Positions 52,976-62,418 of a DNA stretch of 64,000 nucleotides are shown in pieces; positions within the stretch are counted from its first letter, which is position 1, and each line of letters opens with the position of its first letter. A program made the translations under genes and the position numbers. Under the pieces are notes generated by a model, which searched no databases, was not told where the DNA came from, and saw only the letters and a program-made list of their open reading frames with translations. This DNA comes from Gammaproteobacteria bacterium. Lineage in GTDB: Bacteria > Pseudomonadota > Gammaproteobacteria > Steroidobacterales > Steroidobacteraceae. Location of the stretch: positions 22,688 through 86,687 of the forward strand of contig JANMWZ010000149.1 in assembly GCA_031441585.1 (NCBI GenBank). Direction: 5' to 3'.

Positions 52976-54148
52976 TCAGCTGACGATGCGCGCAAGGCCC
53001 GCTGCCAGATCCGCCTGCAGGTCCGCAAGTGCTTCAATGCCGACTGATAGTCGCAACAAGCCGTCACTCAACCCCGCCGCGCGCTGCGAATCCTCATCCA
53101 TCGAGGCATGGGTCATGGTCGCCGGATGCGCGATCAGGCTCTCCACGCCGCCCAATGACTCCGCCAGCGAGAAATACTGCAAGCCATCGACAAACTGACG
53201 CACCGCCGGCGTGCCACCGGCGAGTTCGAAGCTGACAATGGCACCAAAGCCCAGCTGCTGGCGCCTGGCCACTTCATAGCCCTGGTGCGTGGGCAATCCC
53301 GGAAAGCAGACACGCGTCACCTGCGCTTGCCGCGTCAACCATTCGGCAATGGCCTGGGCATTGCGTGCATGCACAGCGAGCCGGGCGTGCAGTGTGCGCA
53401 GACCACGCAGGGTGAGAAAACTATCGAAGGCTGCGCCCGTCAACCCCAGGCAATTCGCCCACCAGGCCAGCTGCTCGTGCAGTGCGCGCGTTTTCGCGAT
53501 TACCGCGCCGCCGACTACGTCGCTGTGGCCATTGATGTACTTGGTGGTCGAATGCACGACGACATCAGCGCCGAAACGCAGTGGCAACTGCCAGGCGGGT
53601 GACAGAAAAGTGTTATCAACCACCACCAGGGCGCCGGCCTGCCGGGCCAGGTGGGCCACTGCGGCAATATCGGTAATCCGCAGCAGCGGATTGCTGGGCG
53701 TCTCGATCCACACCAGCGCCGCAGGCGTCGACAAGGCCGCCGCGAGCGCCGCGGCATTTCCAAAGTCAACAAATTCGACCCTGATCTGGCCACGTTTGTG
53801 CCACGCGCTGAACAGGCGATAGGTACCGCCGTAGCAATCGTGCGGAGCCACGACCCGGGCGCCGTTCGCCAGCAGATACCCGACCAGGGTGATCGCGCCC
53901 ATGCCCGAACCGGTGATGACGCCGCCGGCACCCTCCTCCAGATCCGCCAGCGCATTGCCCAGCAGATCGCGGGTCGGATTGCCCGAGCGCGAATAGTCAT
54001 AATCGCGCTTGTCGCCAAGGCCACGGAACGCAAAAGTTGAACTTAAGTAGATCGGCGGCACGACCGCACCGGTGAGTTCGTCATTCTCGAGCCCGGCGCG
54101 CACCGTGCGGGTCATGGCATCGGCCGGCTTGTCGGTATCAGCACTCAC
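52976..54148 (-). CDS. metB: Cys/Met-metabolism PLP enzyme (cystathionine gamma-synthase / O-succinylhomoserine lyase)
   Basis: HSTTKYINGHSDVVGG contains the PLP Lys. The gene follows metX. MetB versus MetZ cannot be told apart by eye. Confidence 0.8.
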   Translation of the reverse strand: MSADTDKPADAMTRTVRAGLENDELTGAVVPPIYLSSTFAFRGLGDKRDYDYSRSGNPTRDLLGNALADLEEGAGGVITGSGMGAITLVGYLLANGARVVAPHDCYGGTYRLFSAWHKRGQIRVEFVDFGNAAALAAALSTPAALVWIETPSNPLLRITDIAAVAHLARQAGALVVVDNTFLSPAWQLPLRFGADVVVHSTTKYINGHSDVVGGAVIAKTRALHEQLAWWANCLGLTGAAFDSFLTLRGLRTLHARLAVHARNAQAIAEWLTRQAQVTRVCFPGLPTHQGYEVARRQQLGFGAIVSFELAGGTPAVRQFVDGLQYFSLAESLGGVESLIAHPATMTHASMDEDSQRAAGLSDGLLRLSVGIEALADLQADLAAGLARIVS

Positions 54149-55204
54149 TTAGCATTCTCCATAAATACAATTGAAAGTGGCTCGCAGCTGGCCGGGTTCC
54201 TTCAGGAAGGCATCGTGACCATGGGGCGATGAAATCTCATGCAGCCGCGCGTCGGGCAGGCGCGCCGCCAGTGCCCGCATGTCTTCAATCGGCACCAGCT
54301 GATCCTCGCGCACCGCAATGACCGTGGTTGCTACCTGGATACTGCTGGCGTTGACGCGATGCAGATCAATGGACTCGGACAGGCACAGGAAACTGTCGGG
54401 GCGGTAGCGGACCGCGTAGTCGCGGCCGCGGGCAAACAGGTATTCCTCAACCGGGAATACAAAGCGCCCAGCGACGCGCGTGGCCGGCGCATCAAAGCGT
54501 GCGACAAATTCTTCCGGGCTCCGATAGGTTGTCATCGCCAGGGCGCGTGCCAGCTGCAACCCTTGCGCCGCATGTCCCCATTGCTGGGCCGCGCGCACTG
54601 TGCGCCGCTGCACACAGCGCCACGCGGTAGCCATGGGATGGGCGCGATCGGCGGCGCTGATGACCAGTAGGCGAGCGACGCGCTGCGGATAACGCTCGCC
54701 GAAAGCGAGCGCCACCATGCCGCCATACGAGGCGCCTAAAATGGCGCGCAGCCGGTCGATCTGCAGGTGATCGAGCAAATGGCGCAGCGCTTCAGCCTGA
54801 TCAAAACTGGAAATACTGAGCGGTGTATCGCCCCCTGGCGGGCCACTCGATTCACCACTGCCACCCAGATAGTCGATACCCAACACGCAGCAACGTGTGC
54901 TGTCCAGGGCGCGTCCGGGCCCGGTGATTTCGTGCCACCAGCCGGCGCGTGGCTCAGTGTCATCGAACACCCGCCGGTGTCCGGAAATGCCGCCGATAGC
55001 CAGCACCACCGGCAGGCGGGAATCGCCGGCCAGACGCCACGCCAGTCGCGGATTTTCAAGCTCGCCACCGAATTGCAAACTGAAGGGCACGGGCAAAGCC
55101 AGTACGCCTTCGCGCGCCGCAGCATGCGTCGCCTCAGGTTTCAGATTAGGTTGTGTAGAACTCACAGCTGTTACTCCCGCGCGGTGCACCACACTCATCG
55201 GCAC
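54149..55204 (-). CDS. metX: Homoserine O-acyltransferase, MetX family
   Basis: Alpha/beta-hydrolase fold with nucleophile elbow GASYGGMV and C-terminal SPHGHDAFL. The start is GTG 55204 or ATG 55198. Confidence 0.8.
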   Translation of the reverse strand: MPMSVVHRAGVTAVSSTQPNLKPEATHAAAREGVLALPVPFSLQFGGELENPRLAWRLAGDSRLPVVLAIGGISGHRRVFDDTEPRAGWWHEITGPGRALDSTRCCVLGIDYLGGSGESSGPPGGDTPLSISSFDQAEALRHLLDHLQIDRLRAILGASYGGMVALAFGERYPQRVARLLVISAADRAHPMATAWRCVQRRTVRAAQQWGHAAQGLQLARALAMTTYRSPEEFVARFDAPATRVAGRFVFPVEEYLFARGRDYAVRYRPDSFLCLSESIDLHRVNASSIQVATTVIAVREDQLVPIEDMRALAARLPDARLHEISSPHGHDAFLKEPGQLRATFNCIYGEC

Positions 55205-55271
55205 TCTGCGGGCGCTGCGCCCTATAGGCGCGTCCGCGCTATGGCCCCGCCCTGCGGGTCAGCGCATCGCT

Positions 55272-55380
55272 CGCTCATCTGCCGGCCACCACTGGCCGCA
55301 GGAGTTGGCACCATGTCGGACTATCCGACGGTTGCCCCGGCGTCTAAGGGCCTTTCCCTCAGCCGGTCTCGATGAGTAAG
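55272..55380 (-). promoter_or_regulatory. SAM-I (S-box) riboswitch
   Basis: The minus strand reads CUCAUCGAGACCGGCUGAGGGAAAGGCCCUUAGACGCCGGGGCAACC...GGUGCCAACUCCUGCGGCC...GGCCGGCAGAUGAG. It has the P1 CUCAUC/GAUGAG pairing and the conserved GAGGGA, GGCCC, GCAACC, GGUGCCAA.UCC and AGAUGAG blocks of RF00162. Confidence 0.8.
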
Positions 55381-55409
55381 AGGAGTCTAGGGGCGCGGTA
55401 CGATCATCG

Positions 55410-56321
55410 TCAAGGCGGCGGACTGGCGGGCGCCAGCGCCAGCTCTGCCAGCCGCCGCTCGTCGAGGACGATATAGACGCCACTGGCGATGACGATGCTT
55501 GCCCCGATCACCAGGCTGAGGGTGGGCGTTGCTGACCAGAAATACCAATCGATGGCAAATGCCCAGAGGATGGCCGTGTATTCGAATGGACCAACGACCG
55601 AAGCCGGCGCCAGCCTGAAGGCATCGGTCAGCCACAACTGCCCCAGCGACCCGCTTACGCCGACGGCGGCCAGCCAGATCCAGTCGTCGCTCAACAGCGG
55701 TCGCCAGTCCTGTAACGACAGCAGCCCTGATCCGCCGCCGGCCAGCACCAGGAACCAGAACACCATGGCTAAAGTCGAATTGCGCCGACCCAGTGCGCGC
55801 ACCGTCGTGCCGCTCAACGCATAACAGATGCAGGCCAGGGCCGCAGCCGCCGTTCCCGCCCGGGAACCAAAGCCACCACCCCATGGCTGCAATACCACGA
55901 ACACACCGACCAGGCCCAGGGCAATGGCCAGCCAACGCCTGCGTGGTATGTGATCACCGTACAGCGGCACGGACAGCACTGCCATGAGCAACGGCGCGCA
56001 CAGAAACAGGGCATAGGTCTGCGCCAGGTTCAGGCGTCGCACGGCAAACACGAAACTGCCGAGCATGATGAGGCCAAGCACACCACGCGCCAGGTGCAGC
56101 AGCAGATTGACCGGGCGCAGCGTGGCCCATGAGCGTCGCCAGAGTATGGCCGTCACCACGAAGACCAGCGAGGCCGCGCAGCGCAGGAACGCAAGTTGCA
56201 TCGCGGCGTAGTGCCCCGAGAGGTGTTTGAGCGTGGCATCCATGATCGCGAACACGCCAACCGCAGCCAGCATGGTGGCGATGGCACGCAGCCGATCGTG
56301 AGGATTCTGCCGGTTGAACAT
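55410..56321 (-). CDS. DMT superfamily (EamA-type) transporter
   Basis: 303 aa, about 10 TM segments in two EamA-like halves. Confidence 0.8.
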   Translation of the reverse strand: MFNRQNPHDRLRAIATMLAAVGVFAIMDATLKHLSGHYAAMQLAFLRCAASLVFVVTAILWRRSWATLRPVNLLLHLARGVLGLIMLGSFVFAVRRLNLAQTYALFLCAPLLMAVLSVPLYGDHIPRRRWLAIALGLVGVFVVLQPWGGGFGSRAGTAAAALACICYALSGTTVRALGRRNSTLAMVFWFLVLAGGGSGLLSLQDWRPLLSDDWIWLAAVGVSGSLGQLWLTDAFRLAPASVVGPFEYTAILWAFAIDWYFWSATPTLSLVIGASIVIASGVYIVLDERRLAELALAPASPPP

Positions 56322-56342
56322 GCCGGCATGCTATCAGGGGCG

Positions 56343-56374
56343 GGGTGCCGAGCGCACTGGGTGCCGAGCGCACT
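56343..56374. repeat. Tandem 16-bp duplication in the divergent promoter region
   Basis: gggtgccgagcgcact x2, perfect copies. Confidence 0.9.
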
Positions 56375-56426
56375 TGCAGTGGCAACCCGACTGATATAAT
56401 GTACTAATACATTAATACAGTAGTAC
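56374..56426 (+). promoter_or_regulatory. Putative promoter with extended -10 and a TrpR-operator-like palindrome
   Basis: TTGCAG (56374-79), a 15-nt spacer, then TGaTATAAT (56392-56400). This is followed by GTACTAATACATTAATACAGTAGTAC (56401-56426), in which 10 of 13 positions are symmetric. Confidence 0.4.
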
Positions 56427-56430
56427 ACGC

Positions 56431-56763
56431 TTGAAAATACACAAAACCATATCAGCGCGCCAGGAAACGCTGGCCGAAACCCGCCTCGCCGAGGCCATGC
56501 TCACGCTACGCACCGTCGAGGAATACCGCACCTTCCTGCGCGATCTGTGCACCCCCGCAGAATTGCAGGCGATGGCAGATCGCTGGGCGGTGGTCAATGA
56601 TCTGGAGCGCGGTCTGCCGTACCGGGAAATTCACCGCCACACCGGCGTCAGCCTGACCACGATCGGTCGCGTGGCACGTTTCCTGGCCACCGGCAGCGGC
56701 GGCTACGCGCTGGCCGCCAAGCGTCTGAAAGGCGGCAATAACGGCGTGCCCGTCCATGGATAG
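56431..56763 (+). CDS. TrpR-like YerC/YecD family protein
   Basis: FLRDLCTPAELQAMADRWAVVNDLERGLPYREIHRHTGVSLTTIGRVARFL is collinear with YerC/YecD and the TrpR HTH. TTG start. The stop overlaps the hisG start by 8 nt. Confidence 0.7.
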   Translation: MKIHKTISARQETLAETRLAEAMLTLRTVEEYRTFLRDLCTPAELQAMADRWAVVNDLERGLPYREIHRHTGVSLTTIGRVARFLATGSGGYALAAKRLKGGNNGVPVHG

Positions 56764-57655
56764 CGGGCCACGTCTCAAGCTGGCGGTGCAAAAATCGGGG
56801 CGGCTCACCGACCCTTCCCTTGATCTGCTCACGCGCTGCGGCCTGAAACTTTCGCGCGGCAAAGATCAGCTCATGGGTTTCGGCGAGAACCTGCCACTCG
56901 ATGTGCTATTCGTGCGCGATGACGATATTCCCGATCTGGTACAGGAAGACGTGTGCGATCTGGGCCTGGTGGGTTTGAACGTGCTGGAAGAGCGCCGCCT
57001 GGAGCTGGGCGCGCGCGGTGCGCAGGCACGCTTCGAAGTCCTGCGCAATCTCGATTTTGGACGCTGCCGACTATCGCTGGCGGTGCCTGAGGGCACTGCA
57101 TTCGATGGCATCGACTCGCTGCGTGGCAAGCGTATCGCCACCACCTACCCTTTCATGCTGGAGAGATTCCTGCGCGAACAGGGTATTAGTGCCGAGATCG
57201 TCAAACTCTCGGGCGCCGTGGAGATCGCCCCGCGCCTGGGGCGCGCCGATCTGATCTGCGATCTGGTGTCCACCGGCTCCACACTGCAGGCCAATCACCT
57301 GCGCGAGGCGTTGACCATACTGGAGAGTCACGCCGTGCTGATTCGCACCCCAGTCATGCTGGCGCCGCTCAAGAGCGAGTGGGTCGAGCGGCTGCTGATG
57401 CGTATTGATGGTGTTGAGCAGGTCAAGGAGAGCAAGTACATCATGCTGCACGCAGCGCGCAGCGCGTTGCCCGCAATCCGCAAACTCCTGCCCGGCAGCG
57501 AATCACCGACGATTATTCCGCTCGAAGGCACGCCGGAACGGGTGGCGATTCATGCCGTCTGCCGTGAAAACGTCTTTTGGGAGACGCTCGAGAGCCTGAA
57601 GAAAGCCGGCGCCAGTGCCATACTGGTGTTGCCGGTAGAAAAGATGTTGGCCTGA
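56756..57655 (+). CDS. hisG: ATP phosphoribosyltransferase (long form)
   Basis: RLKLAVQKSGRL N-terminus, DLVSTGSTL motif, and a C-terminal regulatory domain. 299 aa. Confidence 0.95.
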   Translation: MDSGPRLKLAVQKSGRLTDPSLDLLTRCGLKLSRGKDQLMGFGENLPLDVLFVRDDDIPDLVQEDVCDLGLVGLNVLEERRLELGARGAQARFEVLRNLDFGRCRLSLAVPEGTAFDGIDSLRGKRIATTYPFMLERFLREQGISAEIVKLSGAVEIAPRLGRADLICDLVSTGSTLQANHLREALTILESHAVLIRTPVMLAPLKSEWVERLLMRIDGVEQVKESKYIMLHAARSALPAIRKLLPGSESPTIIPLEGTPERVAIHAVCRENVFWETLESLKKAGASAILVLPVEKMLA

Positions 57656-57658
57656 GCC

Positions 57659-58960
57659 GTGCAGATCATCGAGTGGCAAAGCCTGGATGCCAGCGGCCGG
57701 CTGGCGGCGCTGGCCCGGCCGCCCGCGCTCACCAGCGCAGCAGTCATAGAGCAGGCGCGCGCGATCGTAGCGAACGTGCGCAGCGCAGGTGACGCGGCGC
57801 TGCTGCGCTATGCACTGCAGTTCGATGGCGCCGCCCTGACGCAACTGCGCGTCAGCGCCGCCGAGTTCGCGCAAGCGCGCGCCGCGCTGCCGGACGCTGC
57901 GCTGCAGGCGTTGCGCACCGCGATCGCCAACATCACGGCTTTTCATCAGGCGCAGGTGCCGGCCGATTTCTCCATGGAAACACAGCCCGGCGTGCGCTGC
58001 GAACGTCTGGTGCGACCCATACAGGCGGTCGGCCTTTATGTGCCGGCTGGCTCTGCGCCGCTGCCTTCTACCGCCATCATGCTGGCGGTACCGGCACAGC
58101 TGGCGCGTTGCCCGCGCCGGGTGATGTGCACACCGGCGCGGCCCGACGGTCGCGCCGACCCGGCCGTGCTGGTGGCCGCACAACTATGCGGCATCGAGCA
58201 GGTCTTTAAAGTCGGCGGTGCACAGGCCGTTGCCGCCATGGCCTATGGCACGGCCAGCGTACCCAAGGTCGCGAAGATCTTTGGCCCTGGAAACCGCTGG
58301 GTGGCGGCCGCCAAACAGCTGGTCGCCGCTGACCCGGAGGGTGCAGCGCTCGATATGCCCGCCGGTCCCTCGGAAGTCATGGTGATTGCCGATGACAGCG
58401 CCGAGGCGGCTTTTGTCGCCGCCGACCTGTTGGCGCAGGCCGAACATGATCCGGGCGCTCAGGCGCTGCTGGTCACGACTTCGGGCACGCTGGCCGAGCG
58501 GGTTGCGGAAAATATCAGGCAACGAGTCCCCATGCTCTCGCGCCGCGCGATCCTGGAGAAATCGCTCCAGGCCCTGCGCCTGATTGTAGTTCCAGATCTG
58601 CATAGCGCCGTGAACATTGCCGAGTACTATGCGCCCGAGCATCTGCTGATCGAAACGCAACACCCTCGTGAACTGCTCGCCGCCATCACCACGGCGGGTT
58701 CGGTGTTTTTGGGGCGCTGGTCGCCCGAGCCCATAGGCGACTACTGTTCCGGTACCAATCATGTACTACCCACCTTTGGCTATGCGCGCGCCTACAGCGG
58801 CTTATCGGTTACCGATTTCGTACGTGCCATGACGGTGCAGGAGCTGAGCCGCGAGGGATTGGCAGCACTTGGACCGGTGGCCGCAACACTGGCGCGCCTT
58901 GAAGGGCTCGACGCGCATGCCGCCGCAGTCGAGGTGCGGTTGCAGGTGTTACGCACGTGA
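57659..58960 (+). CDS. hisD: Histidinol dehydrogenase
   Basis: GLYVPAG, GPGNRWV, QAEHD and YCSGTNHVLPT motifs. Confidence 0.95.
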   Translation: MQIIEWQSLDASGRLAALARPPALTSAAVIEQARAIVANVRSAGDAALLRYALQFDGAALTQLRVSAAEFAQARAALPDAALQALRTAIANITAFHQAQVPADFSMETQPGVRCERLVRPIQAVGLYVPAGSAPLPSTAIMLAVPAQLARCPRRVMCTPARPDGRADPAVLVAAQLCGIEQVFKVGGAQAVAAMAYGTASVPKVAKIFGPGNRWVAAAKQLVAADPEGAALDMPAGPSEVMVIADDSAEAAFVAADLLAQAEHDPGAQALLVTTSGTLAERVAENIRQRVPMLSRRAILEKSLQALRLIVVPDLHSAVNIAEYYAPEHLLIETQHPRELLAAITTAGSVFLGRWSPEPIGDYCSGTNHVLPTFGYARAYSGLSVTDFVRAMTVQELSREGLAALGPVAATLARLEGLDAHAAAVEVRLQVLRT

Positions 58961-60012
58961 GCTGGCTCAGCGATCTGGCGCGCGTGGAAATCCGCGACCT
59001 CAAGGCCTATCAGCACGCGAGCTGGGAGCCGGGCCTGGTGCGCCTGCATGCCAATGAGCTACCGTGGCGTGCGCCGCTCGATGACAGTGAGGCGGGACTG
59101 AACCGCTATCCGGAACCGCACCCACATGAACTGGCGGCGCGCCTCGCCACGCTCTACGGCGTGGGCGCCGACTGGGTGCTGCCGGGGCGCGGTAGCGACG
59201 AGGCCATCGACCTGCTGACGCGCAGCTACTGCCGTGCGGGCATCGACGCGGTGCTCATCACGCCGCCCACTTTCGGCATGTACAGCGTCGCCGCGCGCAT
59301 CCAGGGCGCCAGCGTCATCGCAGTGCCACTACGTCGCGAACAGCAGTTCGCACTCGATGCCAGTGCGATCCTGGCGGCGATGACACCGCAGGTGAAGCTG
59401 GTGTATCTGTGCTCACCCAACAATCCCACGGGTAATCTGCTGGATCGCGGCGCTATTCTCGAACTCGCCCACGCGCTCGCCGGCCGCGCACTGCTCGTGA
59501 TCGATGAGGCCTACGTCGAGTTTTCCGGAGCGCCCTCGTTGGCGACGGAGCTGACAACCCATCCCGCGCTGGTGGTACTGCGCACCCTGTCCAAGGCGTA
59601 CGGACTGGCCGGGGCGCGCTGCGGCGTGGTGCTGGCACAGCCGGAAATCATTGCTCTGCTGCGACAAGTGATTCAGCCTTACGCGCTGACGCAGCTGACT
59701 ATTGAAGCGGTGTTCAGAACCCTGCAACCCGAACCCATGGCCATCGCCGCGCAGCGCGTGGCCGGCCTCGTAGTTGAGCGCAACGCTCTGGCGCGCGCCC
59801 TGGGCGCGCAACGCGGCACCGTCCGAGTCTGGCCCAGCGCCGCCAACTTTCTGCTGGTGGATTTCGCTGACGCCGCCGCTGCGCTGGCCAGCAGCCGTGC
59901 CGCCGGGCTGTTGCTGCGCGACTTGCGCGCCAACGCCGCACTGCCCCAGGCGCTGCGTATCAGCGTCGGCAGCCCGCAACAGAACCAGCAACTACTGGCG
60001 AGCCTGTCATGA
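58957..60012 (+). CDS. hisC: Histidinol-phosphate aminotransferase
   Basis: NENP-like LHANELPW, CSPNNPTG and RTLSKAYGLAG (PLP Lys) motifs. Confidence 0.9.
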   Translation: MSWLSDLARVEIRDLKAYQHASWEPGLVRLHANELPWRAPLDDSEAGLNRYPEPHPHELAARLATLYGVGADWVLPGRGSDEAIDLLTRSYCRAGIDAVLITPPTFGMYSVAARIQGASVIAVPLRREQQFALDASAILAAMTPQVKLVYLCSPNNPTGNLLDRGAILELAHALAGRALLVIDEAYVEFSGAPSLATELTTHPALVVLRTLSKAYGLAGARCGVVLAQPEIIALLRQVIQPYALTQLTIEAVFRTLQPEPMAIAAQRVAGLVVERNALARALGAQRGTVRVWPSAANFLLVDFADAAAALASSRAAGLLLRDLRANAALPQALRISVGSPQQNQQLLASLS

Positions 60013-61082
60013 GCGAAGCACTGCCCACCCTGTTCATCGATCGTGACGGCACGCTGGTGGAGGAGCCAGCCGATGAGCAGGTCGATGCGCTTGAAAAGAT
60101 CAACTTCCTGCCGGGAGTTTTCGCCGCCCTGAGCGAGCTCAGTCGCGCAGGGTTCCGGCTGGTCATGGTCAGCAATCAGGACGGCCTTGGCAGCGCCAGC
60201 TTTCCGCAAGCCAGTTTCCAGGTTTGCCATGATTTCATACTGCGCACGTTTGCCTCGCAAGGTGTCGAGTTCGACGCCGTGTTTATCTGCCCGCACTTTG
60301 CCCGCGACAACTGCCAGTGCCGCAAGCCGAAGGCCGGACTGCTGCGCAGCTGGCTCATCGACAATCCCATCGACGTGCAGCGCAGTGCCGTGATTGGCGA
60401 TCGCGATTCCGACCTGCAGCTGGCCGTGAATCTTGGCATACGTGGCCTGCGCCTTCAGAGCGGCGGCGCGTCCGCGCAGACCTGGCCCGAGCTGCTGCGT
60501 GAACTGCGCGCACGCCGTGGCCACATCACCCGACGCACACGGGAGACCTCTATCGATGTCAAAGTGGAGCTTGACGGCAGCGATGCCATTGACATCAGCA
60601 CCGGCCTCGGCTTCTTCGATCATATGCTCGAGCAGCTGGCCAGGCACGGCGGCTTCGGTCTGCAGCTGCATTGCCAGGGTGATCTGCAGATCGATGAGCA
60701 TCACACGGTTGAGGATTGCGCGCTGGCGCTGGGCGCTGCGCTGCGCACTGCCCTGGGGGATAAGCTTGGCATCGGACGCTTCGGTTTCCTGCTGGCCATG
60801 GACGAAGCCGAGGCACAGGTAGCCATTGATCTGTCGGGTCGCGCCTGGTTCGTATTTGCAGGTCACTTCGCACGCGAGCAGGTCGGGGCGCTGCCGACCG
60901 AACTGGTGCCGCATTTCTTCCGCTCGCTGGCCGATGCGCTGGGCTGCGCGCTACATCTGACGGTGCAGGGCGAAAACACCCATCACATGATTGAGGCCTG
61001 CTTCAAGGGTGTGGGCCGGGCACTGCGTCCCGCCCTGCGCCGCGACGGCACGACGCTGCCCAGCACCAAGGGCGTGTTGTGA
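60009..61082 (+). CDS. hisB: Bifunctional histidinol-phosphatase / imidazoleglycerol-phosphate dehydratase
   Basis: N-terminal HAD FIDRDGTL, C-terminal IGPD HHMIEACFK and HHTVED motifs. Confidence 0.95.
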   Translation: MSEALPTLFIDRDGTLVEEPADEQVDALEKINFLPGVFAALSELSRAGFRLVMVSNQDGLGSASFPQASFQVCHDFILRTFASQGVEFDAVFICPHFARDNCQCRKPKAGLLRSWLIDNPIDVQRSAVIGDRDSDLQLAVNLGIRGLRLQSGGASAQTWPELLRELRARRGHITRRTRETSIDVKVELDGSDAIDISTGLGFFDHMLEQLARHGGFGLQLHCQGDLQIDEHHTVEDCALALGAALRTALGDKLGIGRFGFLLAMDEAEAQVAIDLSGRAWFVFAGHFAREQVGALPTELVPHFFRSLADALGCALHLTVQGENTHHMIEACFKGVGRALRPALRRDGTTLPSTKGVL

Positions 61083-61678
61083 GCGGCACCGATGTCGTCA
61101 TTGTCGACAGCGGCGGCGCCAATCTGGCCTCGCTCACCTTTGCGCTTGAGCGTCTGGGTGTACGCAGCCAGGTCAGCAGCGATGCGCGCACAATTTCGAG
61201 TGCGGCGCGCGTCATGCTGCCGGGCGTCGGCGCGGCCGGCGACGCGATGGCGCGCCTGCATGATCTGAATCTGGTGGACTGCCTACGTTCTCTGCAGCAA
61301 CCGTTGCTCGGTATCTGCCTGGGGATGCAGCTGCTGTTTACCCAGTCTGCCGAGGGCAATACTGCCTGCCTTGGCATCATTGCCGGCAGCGTGCAACGCC
61401 TGAGCGGCGGGCCGGGTCGCCCGGTGCCGCATATGGGGTGGAACTGCTGCCGGCAGCTGGCCGCTGATCCGCTGCTGATGAATCTTGGTGAGCGTGACTA
61501 CTTTTACTTCGTGCACGGCTATGCGGCAGCCGCTACACCCGACACCACCGCGGTGACTGACTACGGCGTGCCGTTCAGCGCGGTAGTGAGCCATGAGAAT
61601 TTTCACGGCGTGCAGTTTCATCCCGAGCGCTCGAGTAGCGCCGGGGCCCGTGTGCTGGCCAATTTTCTGGCGCTGTGA
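61079..61678 (+). CDS. hisH: Imidazole glycerol phosphate synthase glutaminase subunit
   Basis: LLGICLGMQLL contains the catalytic Cys. GVQFHPERS is also present. Confidence 0.95.
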   Translation: MSGTDVVIVDSGGANLASLTFALERLGVRSQVSSDARTISSAARVMLPGVGAAGDAMARLHDLNLVDCLRSLQQPLLGICLGMQLLFTQSAEGNTACLGIIAGSVQRLSGGPGRPVPHMGWNCCRQLAADPLLMNLGERDYFYFVHGYAAAATPDTTAVTDYGVPFSAVVSHENFHGVQFHPERSSSAGARVLANFLAL

Positions 61679-62418
61679 TGCAACTGATTCCTGCCATCGA
61701 CCTGCGCGGCGGCCAGTGCGTGCGTTTGCTGAGGGGCGATTTCGCAGCCGAGACCCGCTATGAGCGCACGCCCCTGGAACTCCTGCAACACTATCGCACC
61801 ATTGGCGCACGCTGGCTGCACGTGGTCGATCTCGATGGTGCACGCGATGGACAGCTGGCCAATCGAGCGACGATTGTGCAACTGGCGGCCCAGACGGGTA
61901 TCCATGTGCAGCTGGGCGGCGGCGTGCGCAGCACCGCTATTATCGAGGAACTGCTGGCGCTCGGCGTGGCGCGCGTCGCCATCGGCAGCGCTGCCGTGGA
62001 ACAACGCGAGCAGGTGTCGGGCTGGCTGTCGCACTACGGAGCGGAACGCATCTGCCTGGCTCTCGATGTTCAGCTCGACGCGCAGCAACAACCGCTATTG
62101 CGCACCCGCGGTTGGCGCCAGGCCACTGCGCTGTCACTATGGGAGGCCGTGGCGAGCTATATGGCGTGCGGCCTGCGCCATGTACTGTGCACCGATATTG
62201 AACGCGACGGTGCCCTCACCGGCCCGAACCTCGCGCTGTACGCACAGGCCGTGGCGCGCTATCCACAAGTGCATTGGCAAGCCTCCGGCGGCGTCAGTAG
62301 CATCGCTGATCTGGCCTCGCTCGCAACCAGCGGTGTTGCCGCCGCCATCAGCGGTAAGGCCCTGCTCGAAAATCGTCTGCCTGAGGGAGCATTGCAGCCA
62401 TACTTACCCGGCGCATAA
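61675..62418 (+). CDS. hisA: ProFAR isomerase
   Basis: [14 protein letters not shown] and LHVVDLDGA motifs. Confidence 0.95.
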   Translation: MMQLIPAIDLRGGQCVRLLRGDFAAETRYERTPLELLQHYRTIGARWLHVVDLDGARDGQLANRATIVQLAAQTGIHVQLGGGVRSTAIIEELLALGVARVAIGSAAVEQREQVSGWLSHYGAERICLALDVQLDAQQQPLLRTRGWRQATALSLWEAVASYMACGLRHVLCTDIERDGALTGPNLALYAQAVARYPQVHWQASGGVSSIADLASLATSGVAAAISGKALLENRLPEGALQPYLPGA

